64,000 nt of DNA from an uncultured Isosphaeraceae bacterium (GTDB lineage Bacteria; Planctomycetota; Phycisphaerae; Phycisphaerales; SM1A02): positions 8,196-72,195 of the forward strand of contig CAZVVI010000004.1 of NCBI GenBank assembly GCA_964630505.1, in the 5' to 3' direction. The notes below the pieces were generated by a model. That model had not been told where the DNA came from. It made no database searches and worked only from the letters and a program-made list of their open reading frames with translations. A program made the position numbers and the translations under genes. Shown in pieces: positions 45,735 through 55,828 of the stretch. The stretch's first letter is position 1; each line of letters opens with the position of its first letter.

Positions 45735-45914
45735 TCATCCATGATCTGGGCGAAGGTCGCAATTGAAAGTGTCGAATTCTCTGTCAATGGTGTTCCGTCC
45801 TATGGCGGAGTGTGAATGGCTCACCGTTCCATCGGCAATCCACTCGAGCAAAAGGTTCCTTCCTATTGCTTGAACATTGTCAGTCATCCGTGTTTCGACT
45901 CCATCAATTCCCAT
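45735..45914 (-). CDS. small hypothetical protein (59 aa) between nrdJ and its terminator
   Basis: My own translation: MGIDGVETRMTDNVQAIGRNLLLEWIADGTVSHSHSAIGRNTIDREFDTFNCDLRPDHG. The SD AGGAGAG lies 6 nt before the ATG, which sits 18 nt after the nrdJ stop. It falls just under the 60-aa cutoff of the ORF track. Confidence 0.4.
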   Translation of the reverse strand: MGIDGVETRMTDNVQAIGRNLLLEWIADGTVSHSHSAIGRNTIDREFDTFNCDLRPDHG

Positions 45915-45932
45915 CCAGGTCTCTCCTATTTT

Positions 45933-48900
45933 TTATGAGCAACCAAGTGAGTTGCCGCATTTCAAACATTTGTAACACGTGCCATTTCGCACGGTGATTG
46001 CACCACATGTTGGACAGGCTGGGGCATCATTCTGCATGGATGCCATCGATTGACTGAGTGCCATTTCTTGCACCGATAATTCTTCGACTTCGGTACCGTC
46101 GCTTGAGACTTGTGTCTGAAGAGTGACTTGTCGTTGTGCGATCACCGTTTCTGTTGTTGCACTTCTCTCCTTTTCTATATCGATTTTGGGTGTAATCCCA
46201 CCAGTTGATGTGGTCGTTGAAGGGGGGGGAGTTGTACCAGTAGGCTCGTTTGTCCATCGTGTGTCCTCCTTGACAGGTGCTGGCTTTTTCGTTTCTGAAG
46301 TGGATGAAGTTCCACCTCTTTTTGGCAGATTTGCTTCTCGATATCCTTCGATGAATTGCATTCCCATCCATTGGAAAATGTAATCCACTAGGCTTTTTGC
46401 AAAAGGTATATCGCGGTTTGTTGTGATGCCTTGCGGTTCGAAGCGTTGATACGCGAACTTACTGACCAAACTCTCAACCGGCACACCGTATTGGAGCGCA
46501 ACACTGATTGCGGTGCCTAGACTATCCATCAGCCCGCCAATCGTAGATCCTTCCTTAGACATCGTGATGAAGAGTTCGCCCGGTCCTCCAGAGTCATACA
46601 TCCCAACAGTTAAATATCCTTCGTGGCCCGCGACGTTGAAGTGGTGCGTGATACTTCGTCTTGTATCTGGCAAACGTTTCCGCATCGGTCTTTCGATGAT
46701 TTTCTCGACAATCCGCTCAATGACTTGAGGTTGGTCGGTTGCTGCCATGTCAGCAGCAGCAATGACTTCGGTTGCGATTTCTTCTTGGGCAGCAACAATT
46801 TCAATGCTGTCCTCTTCATCATCGAGAGTAAGATCACTTTTCGCGTTCAGTGGTTGGCTTAACTTGCAGCCATCTCTATACAGCGCGTTCGCCTTTAGGC
46901 CAAGTTCCCAACTTAACCAATACGATTTAGCAATGTCTTCAGTCGTCGCTTCATGTGGCAAGTTGATTGTTTTAGAGATTGCGCCAGTAATAAATGGTTG
47001 TGATGCAGCCATCATCCTGATGTGCCCATCAGGAGCGATATACCGAACCCCAGTGTCACCACACCGATTCGCACAATCAAACACAGCAAGATGCTCTTCC
47101 TGAAGGTTTGGAGCACCTTCTACTGTGCCTGTACCGCAAATTCTTCTGCTGATTTCAGTTCGTTCATCAGCGTTTAGACCAAGAAGTTTCAATCCGTTAA
47201 ATGATGGATCAGAAGTTGCCTGCTCGCGGGTTAAATCAAACGATTCAAGAATGTGTTCTGGCATCGTCCAAGAAGCGAAGGCAAAAGACAACTCGAACAC
47301 TGTTGGAAGTGAATCTTCAAGTGATTCTAAATCATCATCCGTGTAACCATGATTAGAAAGGAACTCACGAAATGATAATTCTTCTCCGTCGTCGGTGACT
47401 GATTTAGGCATAGGGGTTTCAAGTGTCATCGTACCCATGACGTACTGCATGATTTTCTTGACTTTTCGCTTGCTGTACCCAAGCGCAACTAACGCTGGCT
47501 TTAAGGATTGGTTCGCAATTTTAAAATACCCACCGCCTGCGAGCTTCTTAAATTTTGTGAGTGCAAAATCTGGTTCTACACCAGTTGTGTCACAGTCCAT
47601 CAATAGACCAATCGTGCCAGTTGGGGCAATGACGGTGACTTGAGCATTTCTAAACCCATGCCTTCCACCAAGGTCGAGTGCTTCGTCCCATGCTTGAACT
47701 GCTCGACCAAGTAGATCACCAGCGTTCGTGATATTGATGGTGTCGTCTAAGAAGAGCGAGTGATTGATTGGCACAGGTGGGACGCGGAGTTTTTCATACT
47801 CGCCGGAGTCACGAGTCTTCCCTTGAGCTGCATTTCGGTGGTTACGGATGACACGCAACATGTCTTCGGAGTTTTCAGCAAAACCATCGAACGGACCAAG
47901 TTCGCCTGCCATTTCAGCACTGACAGCATACGAGCGACCAGTGAGCGTGGCTGTAATCGCGCCACAGACGGCTCGACCTGCTTCGCTATCGTATGGTATG
48001 CCTGCTTGCATCAGCAATGCTCCAAGATTTGCGAATCCGAGCCCCAGTGTTCGGTAACGCCAACTTTGTTTAGCAATTTCTTCTGAAGGGAATGCTGCCA
48101 TAAGGACAGATATTTCAAGAACAATTGTCCAAAGGCGAACCGCGTGTTCAAATGAATCGACATCGAACATCCTAGTGTTGCTGTCATAGAACTTTAATAA
48201 GTTGAGTGAGGCAAGATTACACGCCGTGTCATCAAGGAACATGTATTCGCTACATGGATTTGATGCGTTAATACGACCACTCTTTGGGCAAGTGTGCCAG
48301 TCGTTGATTGATGTATCGAATTGAACGCCAGGGTCGGCACAGTGCCAAGCAGCGTCACAAATTTTTCCCCATAAATCTCGTGCCGGAACAGATTTTGCGA
48401 CATCACCTGTCGTACGTTGAATAAGATTCCAGTCTTCTTCACGGTCCACAGCTTCAAAAAATTCATGAGAGAGTCGCACAGAGTTATTGGAATTTTGACC
48501 TGCGACTGTCTGGTACGCTTCGCCGTTGAAATCGTAATCTAAGGTTAAGCCTAAATCTTCTGCCTGTTTTTGTTGTTCTGGGGAGAGGTGCTTCATCCCT
48601 TCTACAAGTGCGGCGACTTTGAGTTCTTCTCTGACTTTCCAACTCACAAATTCTTCAATGTCTGGGTGGTCAACATCAAGGCAAACCATCTTCGCTGCAC
48701 GGCGCGTTGTTCCACCAGATTTGATTGCACCTGCTGCGCGATCCCCAATTTTCAAGAAACTCATTAACCCACTTGATTTTCCACCACCAGATAATGGTTC
48801 GTCACTTCCCCTAAGAGTTGAAAAGTTAGATCCAGTTCCAGAACCATACTTAAAGAGACGTGCTTCACGTGTCCACAAATCCATGATGCCGCCTTCGTTG

Positions 48901-49478
48901 ACAAGGTCGTCATTCACCGATTGAATGAAGCAAGCGTGGGGTTGAGGGTGGGTGTACGCATCATCTGCAAGCGTAACGGTTCCACTTTCAGGATTGGCAA
49001 TGTAGTGCCCTTGTGCTGGACCTGAAATTCCATACGCCCAATTTAAGCCGGTGTTAAACCATTGGGGGCTGTTGGGTGCGCTGACCTGATGCAACATCAT
49101 CCAACAGAGTTCATCGTAAAACGCTTCAGCATCTTCATCTGAATCGAAGTAGCCATGTGATTCCCCCCAACTACGCCAGCAGCCAACAAGACGATGAATA
49201 ACTTGTTTTGCTGATTGTTCTGGACCAGTCACTGGATTGCCATCGTTGTCGACTTCTGGAGTTCCGCCATCACCGAATTGTGGAACACCTGCTTTACGGA
49301 AGTATTTACTTGCCATGATGTCAGAAGCGAGTTGGCTCCATTGTGCAGGAATTTCTGTGTTTGTCATTTCAAAAACAACAGAACCGTCTGCATTTGTTAT
49401 TTTCGTGGAGCGTGTTGTCCATTCAACTGAGTCCCATACGTTCTCGCCTGTTGTCGTAAATCTTCTTGTAATTTTCAT
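45933..49478 (-). CDS. nrdJ: adenosylcobalamin-dependent ribonucleotide reductase (class II, NrdJ)
   Basis: 1181 aa. Class II RNR blocks are present (NPCSEY..LDDTACNLASLNL, TGTIGLLMDCDTTGVEPDF, ISKTINLP). A low-complexity Thr/Pro/Ser linker precedes the C-terminal zinc ribbon CPTCG...CYKCLKCG. Confidence 0.93.
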   Translation of the reverse strand: MKITRRFTTTGENVWDSVEWTTRSTKITNADGSVVFEMTNTEIPAQWSQLASDIMASKYFRKAGVPQFGDGGTPEVDNDGNPVTGPEQSAKQVIHRLVGCWRSWGESHGYFDSDEDAEAFYDELCWMMLHQVSAPNSPQWFNTGLNWAYGISGPAQGHYIANPESGTVTLADDAYTHPQPHACFIQSVNDDLVNEGGIMDLWTREARLFKYGSGTGSNFSTLRGSDEPLSGGGKSSGLMSFLKIGDRAAGAIKSGGTTRRAAKMVCLDVDHPDIEEFVSWKVREELKVAALVEGMKHLSPEQQKQAEDLGLTLDYDFNGEAYQTVAGQNSNNSVRLSHEFFEAVDREEDWNLIQRTTGDVAKSVPARDLWGKICDAAWHCADPGVQFDTSINDWHTCPKSGRINASNPCSEYMFLDDTACNLASLNLLKFYDSNTRMFDVDSFEHAVRLWTIVLEISVLMAAFPSEEIAKQSWRYRTLGLGFANLGALLMQAGIPYDSEAGRAVCGAITATLTGRSYAVSAEMAGELGPFDGFAENSEDMLRVIRNHRNAAQGKTRDSGEYEKLRVPPVPINHSLFLDDTINITNAGDLLGRAVQAWDEALDLGGRHGFRNAQVTVIAPTGTIGLLMDCDTTGVEPDFALTKFKKLAGGGYFKIANQSLKPALVALGYSKRKVKKIMQYVMGTMTLETPMPKSVTDDGEELSFREFLSNHGYTDDDLESLEDSLPTVFELSFAFASWTMPEHILESFDLTREQATSDPSFNGLKLLGLNADERTEISRRICGTGTVEGAPNLQEEHLAVFDCANRCGDTGVRYIAPDGHIRMMAASQPFITGAISKTINLPHEATTEDIAKSYWLSWELGLKANALYRDGCKLSQPLNAKSDLTLDDEEDSIEIVAAQEEIATEVIAAADMAATDQPQVIERIVEKIIERPMRKRLPDTRRSITHHFNVAGHEGYLTVGMYDSGGPGELFITMSKEGSTIGGLMDSLGTAISVALQYGVPVESLVSKFAYQRFEPQGITTNRDIPFAKSLVDYIFQWMGMQFIEGYREANLPKRGGTSSTSETKKPAPVKEDTRWTNEPTGTTPPPSTTTSTGGITPKIDIEKERSATTETVIAQRQVTLQTQVSSDGTEVEELSVQEMALSQSMASMQNDAPACPTCGAITVRNGTCYKCLKCGNSLGCS

Positions 49479-49576
49479 TTGTTGTTCTTTACCGTTCCTT
49501 GCTGCTCTTTGCTTTTAAGCGTTCTATCTATCGTTTCTTTGAGATTCTTTTGCTTTGCCTCTATGTAATTGAGTTG

Positions 49577-50149
49577 TTATGTGTCAACCATTGGAAGAGT
49601 AAGACCATCTTGGTCTTGGTATTTGCCGTTTTTGTCCGCGTAACTAACATCGCAAACTTCAGAAGCCTGAAGAAAAATCAGTTGAGCGATGCCTTCGTTG
49701 GAGTAAATTTTTGCTGGCAGCGGTGTGGTGTTACTAATTTCAAGTGTGATTTTTCCGCGCCACTGGGGTTCGAGTGGGGTGACATTTACAATCAACCCAC
49801 AACGAGCGTACGTGCTTTTTCCCACACAAATCGCAAGGACGTCACGTGGAATTTCAAATACTTCAACAGTTTCGCAAAGAACAAAACTGTTCGGTGGAAT
49901 AATGATGTGGTCAAGACCTGTTGAGTCTGTGTCAACACTTACAAATAAGTCGTCTGTAAATTTCTTTGGGTCGATGACTGCAAGTCCGCCACTCGTTGCG
50001 TTTGTAAAAATTTTAAATTTCGTACCTACTCGTACGTCATACCCATAACTTGATACACCATAAGAAACCGTTCCGGATCGTTGTTTATTTTGTTGAAATG
50101 GTTCAATCGAAATTAAATTTTCTATTTGTCTGTCACAAAGGACTGTCAT
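49577..50149 (-). CDS. dcd: dCTP deaminase
   Basis: 190 aa. The N-terminus ...[10 protein letters not shown]..., the block [15 protein letters not shown] and the C-terminal dUTPase-like fold are typical of Dcd. It lies 98 nt upstream of nrdJ on the same strand. Confidence 0.9.
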   Translation of the reverse strand: MTVLCDRQIENLISIEPFQQNKQRSGTVSYGVSSYGYDVRVGTKFKIFTNATSGGLAVIDPKKFTDDLFVSVDTDSTGLDHIIIPPNSFVLCETVEVFEIPRDVLAICVGKSTYARCGLIVNVTPLEPQWRGKITLEISNTTPLPAKIYSNEGIAQLIFLQASEVCDVSYADKNGKYQDQDGLTLPMVDT

Positions 50150-50301
50150 CTGCTCACCTCTTTACCCATACATCGCTACATCACTAAAACACTCGTTTTT
50201 CCTGTAAAAAACGACTCCAAGCGTGGTTTTTCCCGTGTTTTTCGGCTTTTGTAACCGTCTCAGCATTCTTTCTGGGGTACCTTCCACAACTGCTTATCGT
50301 A

Positions 50302-50348
50302 CTACTACATCTTGCGTCTGCAACTCCCTAGACCACAAAATCTTGTGT
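50302..50348. promoter_or_regulatory. two NrdR-box-like 16-mers spaced 31 bp start-to-start
   Basis: CTACTACATCTTGCGT (50302-17) and CCACAAAATCTTGTGT (50333-48). Compared with the published NrdR consensus acaCwAtATaTwGtgt, they match about 11/16 and 13/16 positions by my count. They lie 153-199 nt upstream of dcd. Confidence 0.45.
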
Positions 50349-50521
50349 CTCTTTTTAATTAGTCCTAAACCCTTTTAATATCGGTACTTACAAAAGCAAA
50401 AACAGCACACTGTCTGTGGATATGTTGTCAGGTCATCCATTCAAGTCCTTCTGGCGTCTCTTTTTGACGAATAAATGGGGTTCTTAGTCGAAGATTGCGA
50501 TGATGGCATTACACTGCAACG

Positions 50522-52759
50522 ATGACGAGCATGGATGCCAAAACTACAGAATTGACAGAATCTCAACAACGGGCAGTGGCACATTCAAGCGGCCCACTTC
50601 TGGTCCTTGCAGGACCAGGCTCTGGTAAAACGACTGTTGTCACGAGACGAATTGCAACCTTAATCAAACAAGGGATTCCTCCATGGCAAATTTTAGCGTT
50701 GACGTTTACGAATAAGGCAGCGCAGGAAATGCGAAACCGTGTTCACGATCTTCTTGTGCAACATTCGTTGGAAGCGAGAGGATTAACCGTTTCAACGTTT
50801 CATGCATTTGGAGCCCGAATACTTCGTGATTGGGGTGACAGAATAATTGGCACAAACACCTTTACAATCTATGACACCGCAGACCAGAGGAGTGCAGTAA
50901 AAGAAGCAATTAAAGCGTGTCAGATGAGTAATTCAAATTGGCGTCCTGCATCGGTGCTTGCGGCAATTAGTACGGCAAAGAATAAATTGATTGATGTTGA
51001 TACGTTTGAGAACGAAGCGTTTGATTTTTATTCAAAGTCGATTGCAAAAATGTATAGAGCATACGATGACATCTTGCGTGGGAATGACGCGGTTGATTTT
51101 GACGATTTGTTGTTTCATACAGCGAGATTACTCGAATCAGACGACGAAGTCCGACAACAACTAGAAGATCGATATCAGTACGTTATGATTGATGAATATC
51201 AAGATACAAACCACACGCAATTTGTGATCGCAAACAAAATCGCAGCGAATCATAGAAACATATGTGTCGTAGGAGATCCTGACCAATCTATTTATGCTTG
51301 GCGTGGGGCAGACATCTCCAACATCCTCGATTTTGAAGAGCATTACGGTGAAGGGACTGTGATTCCTTTAGGCAGAAATTTCAGAAGTACAGGGCAAATA
51401 GTAAACATCGCTGCAAATCTAATTCAGCATAACGTTCAACGAAAAGATAAAAAACTCTACACAGAACTAGAAGATGGCCACGCACCAACTTTCATCACTT
51501 CAGTAGGGGAGCATGAAGAAGCTAACTCTATTGTGCAAGAAGTTCTGCGATTAAAAGAGCAGGGTGTGCTGTTAAAGGAAATGGCAGTCTTGTACAGAGT
51601 AAATGCTTTAAGCCGAGTGCTTGAAGATGCATTTCGCAAAGAGGGAATACCATATGTTGTTGCAAGAGGGACAGCGTTTTACGAACGGAAAGAGATTAAA
51701 CAAGCAATTTCATACTTACGTTTATTAGTAAACCCAAGAGATGACGTTGCATTTGCGCGTGTCATTAATACCCCAACAAGAGGCATCGGGAGTACCTCAA
51801 TCTCTTTGCTCCAACAAATTGCTTACTCAAAAGGTATGTCCATGCTTGATACAACATCAATTGTGTCAAAAGACCAAGGGTTTACATTGCGAAGTGTGAA
51901 AGCGATGCATAAATTTTCTGAAACATTTCAGCAGTGGCATCTAGATTCTCAATCTGAAGATAGCCTGACGGCTGCGAGTTCACTAGCTGATCTTGTAGAG
52001 AGAGTCATTCGAGAATCAGGTCTTGAAGAGTTGTACTCAAAAATGAATAATGAGGAAGATCTCGACCGACTTCAAAACCTTGAGGAACTCGTTTCTGCTG
52101 CAGCAGAGTTTGAAGCCCGGTTCGAATCGCAGCAGGATGACGACAAAGTTTGCTCTCCTTTGTATATTTTGTTTGCATTTCTGGAAAATGTTGCATTAGT
52201 CAGTGACGCTGATGCCGTCGATCCTGAGAATGGCGCTGTGACCTTGATGACACTGCATGCTTCGAAGGGATTGGAATTTGATTTTATCGCGATTGCTGGA
52301 TTAGAAGAAGGGCTCCTTCCACACGAACGTGCGATGAGCGATAGCGCTCAATTGGAAGAAGAACGTCGCCTTTGTTACGTAGGCATTACACGTGCACGGA
52401 AACATGTCATGCTCTGTACTGCTAGGCGAAGAACCCAACGAGGCATAGGAAGAAGAACAATCGCTAGCAGATTCATTCGAGAAATGACTGGAAAGACAAG
52501 TGAACCTGAGTGTATTCCTGACCCATGGGGTTTACCAGAAATACCTCCAGACTCGAATCCCGAAAACCCTGAAGTGACCGTTGGTTCAACTGTTCGGCAT
52601 AAACGGTTTGGTACAGGCACTGTACAAAGAATCATCCGTCGGCCACGAGGTTCAACAGTGACAATCAAGTTTGCTGGGGGTGTAAAGCACCTTGTTCTTG
52701 AGTATGCCAAACTCACAGTGATTCATGCTTCACCACCTGATTTTTCAGAGAACTCATGA
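50522..52759 (+). CDS. pcrA: ATP-dependent DNA helicase PcrA/UvrD (SF1)
   Basis: 745 aa. Walker A GPGSGKTT and motifs TFTNKAA, DEYQDTN, VGDPDQSIYAWRGA, LGRNFRS, TLHASKGLEF and YVGITRA. Confidence 0.9.
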   Translation: MTSMDAKTTELTESQQRAVAHSSGPLLVLAGPGSGKTTVVTRRIATLIKQGIPPWQILALTFTNKAAQEMRNRVHDLLVQHSLEARGLTVSTFHAFGARILRDWGDRIIGTNTFTIYDTADQRSAVKEAIKACQMSNSNWRPASVLAAISTAKNKLIDVDTFENEAFDFYSKSIAKMYRAYDDILRGNDAVDFDDLLFHTARLLESDDEVRQQLEDRYQYVMIDEYQDTNHTQFVIANKIAANHRNICVVGDPDQSIYAWRGADISNILDFEEHYGEGTVIPLGRNFRSTGQIVNIAANLIQHNVQRKDKKLYTELEDGHAPTFITSVGEHEEANSIVQEVLRLKEQGVLLKEMAVLYRVNALSRVLEDAFRKEGIPYVVARGTAFYERKEIKQAISYLRLLVNPRDDVAFARVINTPTRGIGSTSISLLQQIAYSKGMSMLDTTSIVSKDQGFTLRSVKAMHKFSETFQQWHLDSQSEDSLTAASSLADLVERVIRESGLEELYSKMNNEEDLDRLQNLEELVSAAAEFEARFESQQDDDKVCSPLYILFAFLENVALVSDADAVDPENGAVTLMTLHASKGLEFDFIAIAGLEEGLLPHERAMSDSAQLEEERRLCYVGITRARKHVMLCTARRRTQRGIGRRTIASRFIREMTGKTSEPECIPDPWGLPEIPPDSNPENPEVTVGSTVRHKRFGTGTVQRIIRRPRGSTVTIKFAGGVKHLVLEYAKLTVIHASPPDFSENS

Positions 52760-53796
52760 AGACCTTCGACTCAAATGTCGTTATTGAATGTTGCCTTTCC
52801 CAAGACTTTGCTCTTGTTGGCATTACGGGTGCAAGACAAACACGTTTCAACGATGAATTAGATTCATGGTTAAAAGAAGGCAAGCAGGGGGAGATGGATT
52901 GGATGAACCGAAATGTGAGTGTACGTAAAAACCCAAAGCAATTGTTGGAAGGAGCGAATTCTGTCATTTGTGTTGCTGATCGTTACAGCATTCTTGAAGA
53001 AGCGCCATTAAAACATGGTGAAGGGCGAATTGCTCGGTATGCACGTGGGAAGGATTATCACAAAGTAATGAAAGGAAGACTGCATGAAGTTTGCGACAAA
53101 TTCAAAGAGATTGCTCCGAATGAGTCTTTTCGTGCTTGTGTCGACACTGCACCGGTACTTGAGCGAGAGTTTGCTTCATCTGCTGGATTAGGTTCGATTG
53201 GAAAACATACACTTTTAATCGAGCAAGGAATTGGAAGTTGGTTACTTCTTGGTGTGATTGTAACTACAGCGAAGTTAACACCTACTGAACGGGCAGAACA
53301 AGATCCTTGCGCAACCTGCACAAGATGTATCGACGCATGTCCGACTGATGCAATCACTCCATGGAGTGTCGATGCAAGGAAATGCGTGAGCTACCTCACG
53401 ATCGAGCATCGCACCGAAATTGACTCAGAGTTTTTTTCTGGAATTGGCGAATGGATGTTTGGATGCGATATATGCCAAGAAGTGTGCCCACATAACCAAC
53501 CCAATGAGAAAGGGGCAGAGCAATCAATACAGGAAGCATATTCGCCATCGCTTTCTTCGTTGAACGTACTAGAAGTTCTACAGTGGGGAGAGGAAGCACG
53601 ACGAAACACCTTTCGGGGGTCATCGATGACGCGAGCAAAATTGGGAATGATGCGGAGAAATGCTGTGATTGTTGCTGGCAATCTGATGCAAAGTGAGCAG
53701 AACATCGAAATGGTAAATGTACTGAAGACAATTGCAGCCAAGGATGAAGATGAGATGGTGAGAAATACAGCAATTGCTGTATTGGAAACCATGTAA
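52756..53796 (+). CDS. queG: tRNA epoxyqueuosine(34) reductase
   Basis: 346 aa. N-terminal DUF1730-like region, two 4Fe-4S motifs (CATCTRCIDACPTDAI and CDICQEVCPHN), and a C-terminal HEAT-like tail. It overlaps pcrA by 4 nt. Confidence 0.88.
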   Translation: MKTFDSNVVIECCLSQDFALVGITGARQTRFNDELDSWLKEGKQGEMDWMNRNVSVRKNPKQLLEGANSVICVADRYSILEEAPLKHGEGRIARYARGKDYHKVMKGRLHEVCDKFKEIAPNESFRACVDTAPVLEREFASSAGLGSIGKHTLLIEQGIGSWLLLGVIVTTAKLTPTERAEQDPCATCTRCIDACPTDAITPWSVDARKCVSYLTIEHRTEIDSEFFSGIGEWMFGCDICQEVCPHNQPNEKGAEQSIQEAYSPSLSSLNVLEVLQWGEEARRNTFRGSSMTRAKLGMMRRNAVIVAGNLMQSEQNIEMVNVLKTIAAKDEDEMVRNTAIAVLETM

Positions 53797-53809
53797 ACTC
53801 CCCTGGCTC

Positions 53810-55726
53810 TTAAAATGGATTCATGTTTTCCATTGCGGACATCATCGCAGCATTAATTTGATCAACAGAAGTAATTTGACCGTCATTAATTTGTTGAGTG
53901 ACTGTATTCATGACGCCGATGAGTGGGGTCATCATTTCTGTCATCATCGAAATAGCCATGACTGCTTCTGGGTCGTCTTTACTGGACAGGATTATTTTCC
54001 AACCTTGTGGGGTTAAGCGAAGTTTGACTTGCTTACCTGAAACCTCACGTGCTGTAGCGTTATCATCTCCTACAGTTACAATTGATGTTGGGTCAATCGT
54101 CATGACAGGTACTGAACCTGCTGTTGGACCAGATGCCATGAATTGAGCAACGGCTTCTGGACCCATTTTGTTATGAATAGCAATCAAAATATTTCTAGTT
54201 GCTTGGATGACATTATTTAGAAACGAGACGACTTGTTTGGATTCTGGATCTTCTGCGTGATAAAACAAGTTGAGATTTTCAACGGGCTTCGTGCCATCAA
54301 AAGAAGCAATATCAGTTGCACTATTGAAAGCGGTGATTAATGCCTGAGGTGATGCAAAACCGCTCGTTGGAGTAGCAGGGTTGATTGTGTTAATGTTATT
54401 CTCGATTGCAACCGGCAGAGGAACTTCTTCTCCTTGTAGAATTGCAATGCGGGTATCGAGTTGAAGAATAAATGTTTCACCTGCAGAACCCGCAGAACTT
54501 GCGAGTTGTTTTGCATTTTCGTAAGCAGAAATTGCACTGATTGTTGCTTGTTCGACTTCTGAACTAACTGAACTTGAAAGTTCTTGCCATTTGCTTGCTG
54601 TTGTGACAATGCCATGTTCAATGAGTGCATTGAGGGCTCGCGCTTCTTCCAATAAGAAGTTTCTTTTTGCTTCTTCAACTTGACCAAGAGTCCATTCCAA
54701 GTCTAATTTCCAAATACTTGCAGTTTGCTGGGCCTCCCTCGAAGCACCTCTTGCTCGACCTGTACCTTTCATTGCATTTTGAACAAGAGTCGAAAGTCCG
54801 TCCCATTGAGTAGCAATGGTATTCCCTACTGCGATTGCTTCATTCATCGTCGATGCAGTTTGAGCATCAATCTCATCAGCGAGTTCTCTGAAATCAGTAG
54901 CGCTCTGATTGGTTTTATCAAGAAGGTGTTGTAAAAGAGTTTCGGTATGTTGCATTCCATTTAAGATAGATGCGATTGCTTCAAGTTCAGCTCTGGCATC
55001 GTTCAACATAGGTTTTGTCTGCATTTGTGTTTGAAGTTCGATTTTTGCAGCATTTAGATTTACTTGTTGGGATTTACGCAGTGAACGAGCACCAGATTTA
55101 TACGCTGCATGTCCGTCCACAATTCCCTTCTCTTCTGCTTCGATGAGTAATTGGTCAGCCTCCATGAGAAGATGCTCAGCTTCATCTCTCGAAGCTGAAC
55201 TCTGAGAATCTTGTTGAGTAAGATTGGAGTTGGCTTCTTGAAGTTGAGAGTTAAAGTAGTCTAACTTTGGGTCTTGGCTAGATCGAATTTCTTGGATTCT
55301 TTCTGCGGTCTCTTGCCCTGCGAGTGGTGAAATTGAATCTGCAGTTTTCCGAAGCAGCGAGACTTGAAGTGCTTGGTTTTCTGCTAATTGAAAGACTGAT
55401 GACATCGCAGTTGATTCTGCTAACAATGTTTGAAAAGTAAGTTGGGCAAGTTTTTCATTTGCAGTAGATAAAAGTAAATTTTTACTTTGGGTTTGAGATT
55501 GTGAGACTGGTTTAATTCGATTGGCTGAGGCAATGACAGATTCAAGCCCTTCAATATTGCTCCCACTCGTTGCTGCCTGTAAATCAAAGAGCAACATATC
55601 GAGAGATCGTTGAACAGAGTTCTCATTGTTCGAAGATTCTTGGCAAGCAACTGTACAAAATGCAAGTAGGACAATCAGAACATACGAGATGTGCGTAAAG
55701 CGAATAAATTTCGTTATTTGAGCCAT
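53810..55726 (-). CDS. alpha-helical Gln/Ala/Ser/Glu-rich lipoprotein (hypothetical)
   Basis: I trimmed the start to the Met at 55726 (MAQITKFIRFTHISYVLIVLLAFCTVAC, a lipobox-like signal). About 638 aa, no family recognised. It lies directly downstream of the DUF4139-like gene. Confidence 0.55.
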   Translation of the reverse strand: MAQITKFIRFTHISYVLIVLLAFCTVACQESSNNENSVQRSLDMLLFDLQAATSGSNIEGLESVIASANRIKPVSQSQTQSKNLLLSTANEKLAQLTFQTLLAESTAMSSVFQLAENQALQVSLLRKTADSISPLAGQETAERIQEIRSSQDPKLDYFNSQLQEANSNLTQQDSQSSASRDEAEHLLMEADQLLIEAEEKGIVDGHAAYKSGARSLRKSQQVNLNAAKIELQTQMQTKPMLNDARAELEAIASILNGMQHTETLLQHLLDKTNQSATDFRELADEIDAQTASTMNEAIAVGNTIATQWDGLSTLVQNAMKGTGRARGASREAQQTASIWKLDLEWTLGQVEEAKRNFLLEEARALNALIEHGIVTTASKWQELSSSVSSEVEQATISAISAYENAKQLASSAGSAGETFILQLDTRIAILQGEEVPLPVAIENNINTINPATPTSGFASPQALITAFNSATDIASFDGTKPVENLNLFYHAEDPESKQVVSFLNNVIQATRNILIAIHNKMGPEAVAQFMASGPTAGSVPVMTIDPTSIVTVGDDNATAREVSGKQVKLRLTPQGWKIILSSKDDPEAVMAISMMTEMMTPLIGVMNTVTQQINDGQITSVDQINAAMMSAMENMNPF

Positions 55727-55828
55727 AAACGTGGGTATTCCATTACTAAGAACTAGAAATAGAGTTGTCAGAATGACAACATGAAGCATTATATACCCAA
55801 TTCAAGTAAAAATTATCGAAGGGAAGAA

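Noticed and set aside
45933-49478. Intein or split-gene architecture in nrdJ (also checked in pcrA and groEL).
   Set aside because: The conserved RNR blocks are contiguous, with no Cys/Ser-initiated insertion ending in HN. The extra length is explained by a low-complexity linker plus the zinc ribbon.
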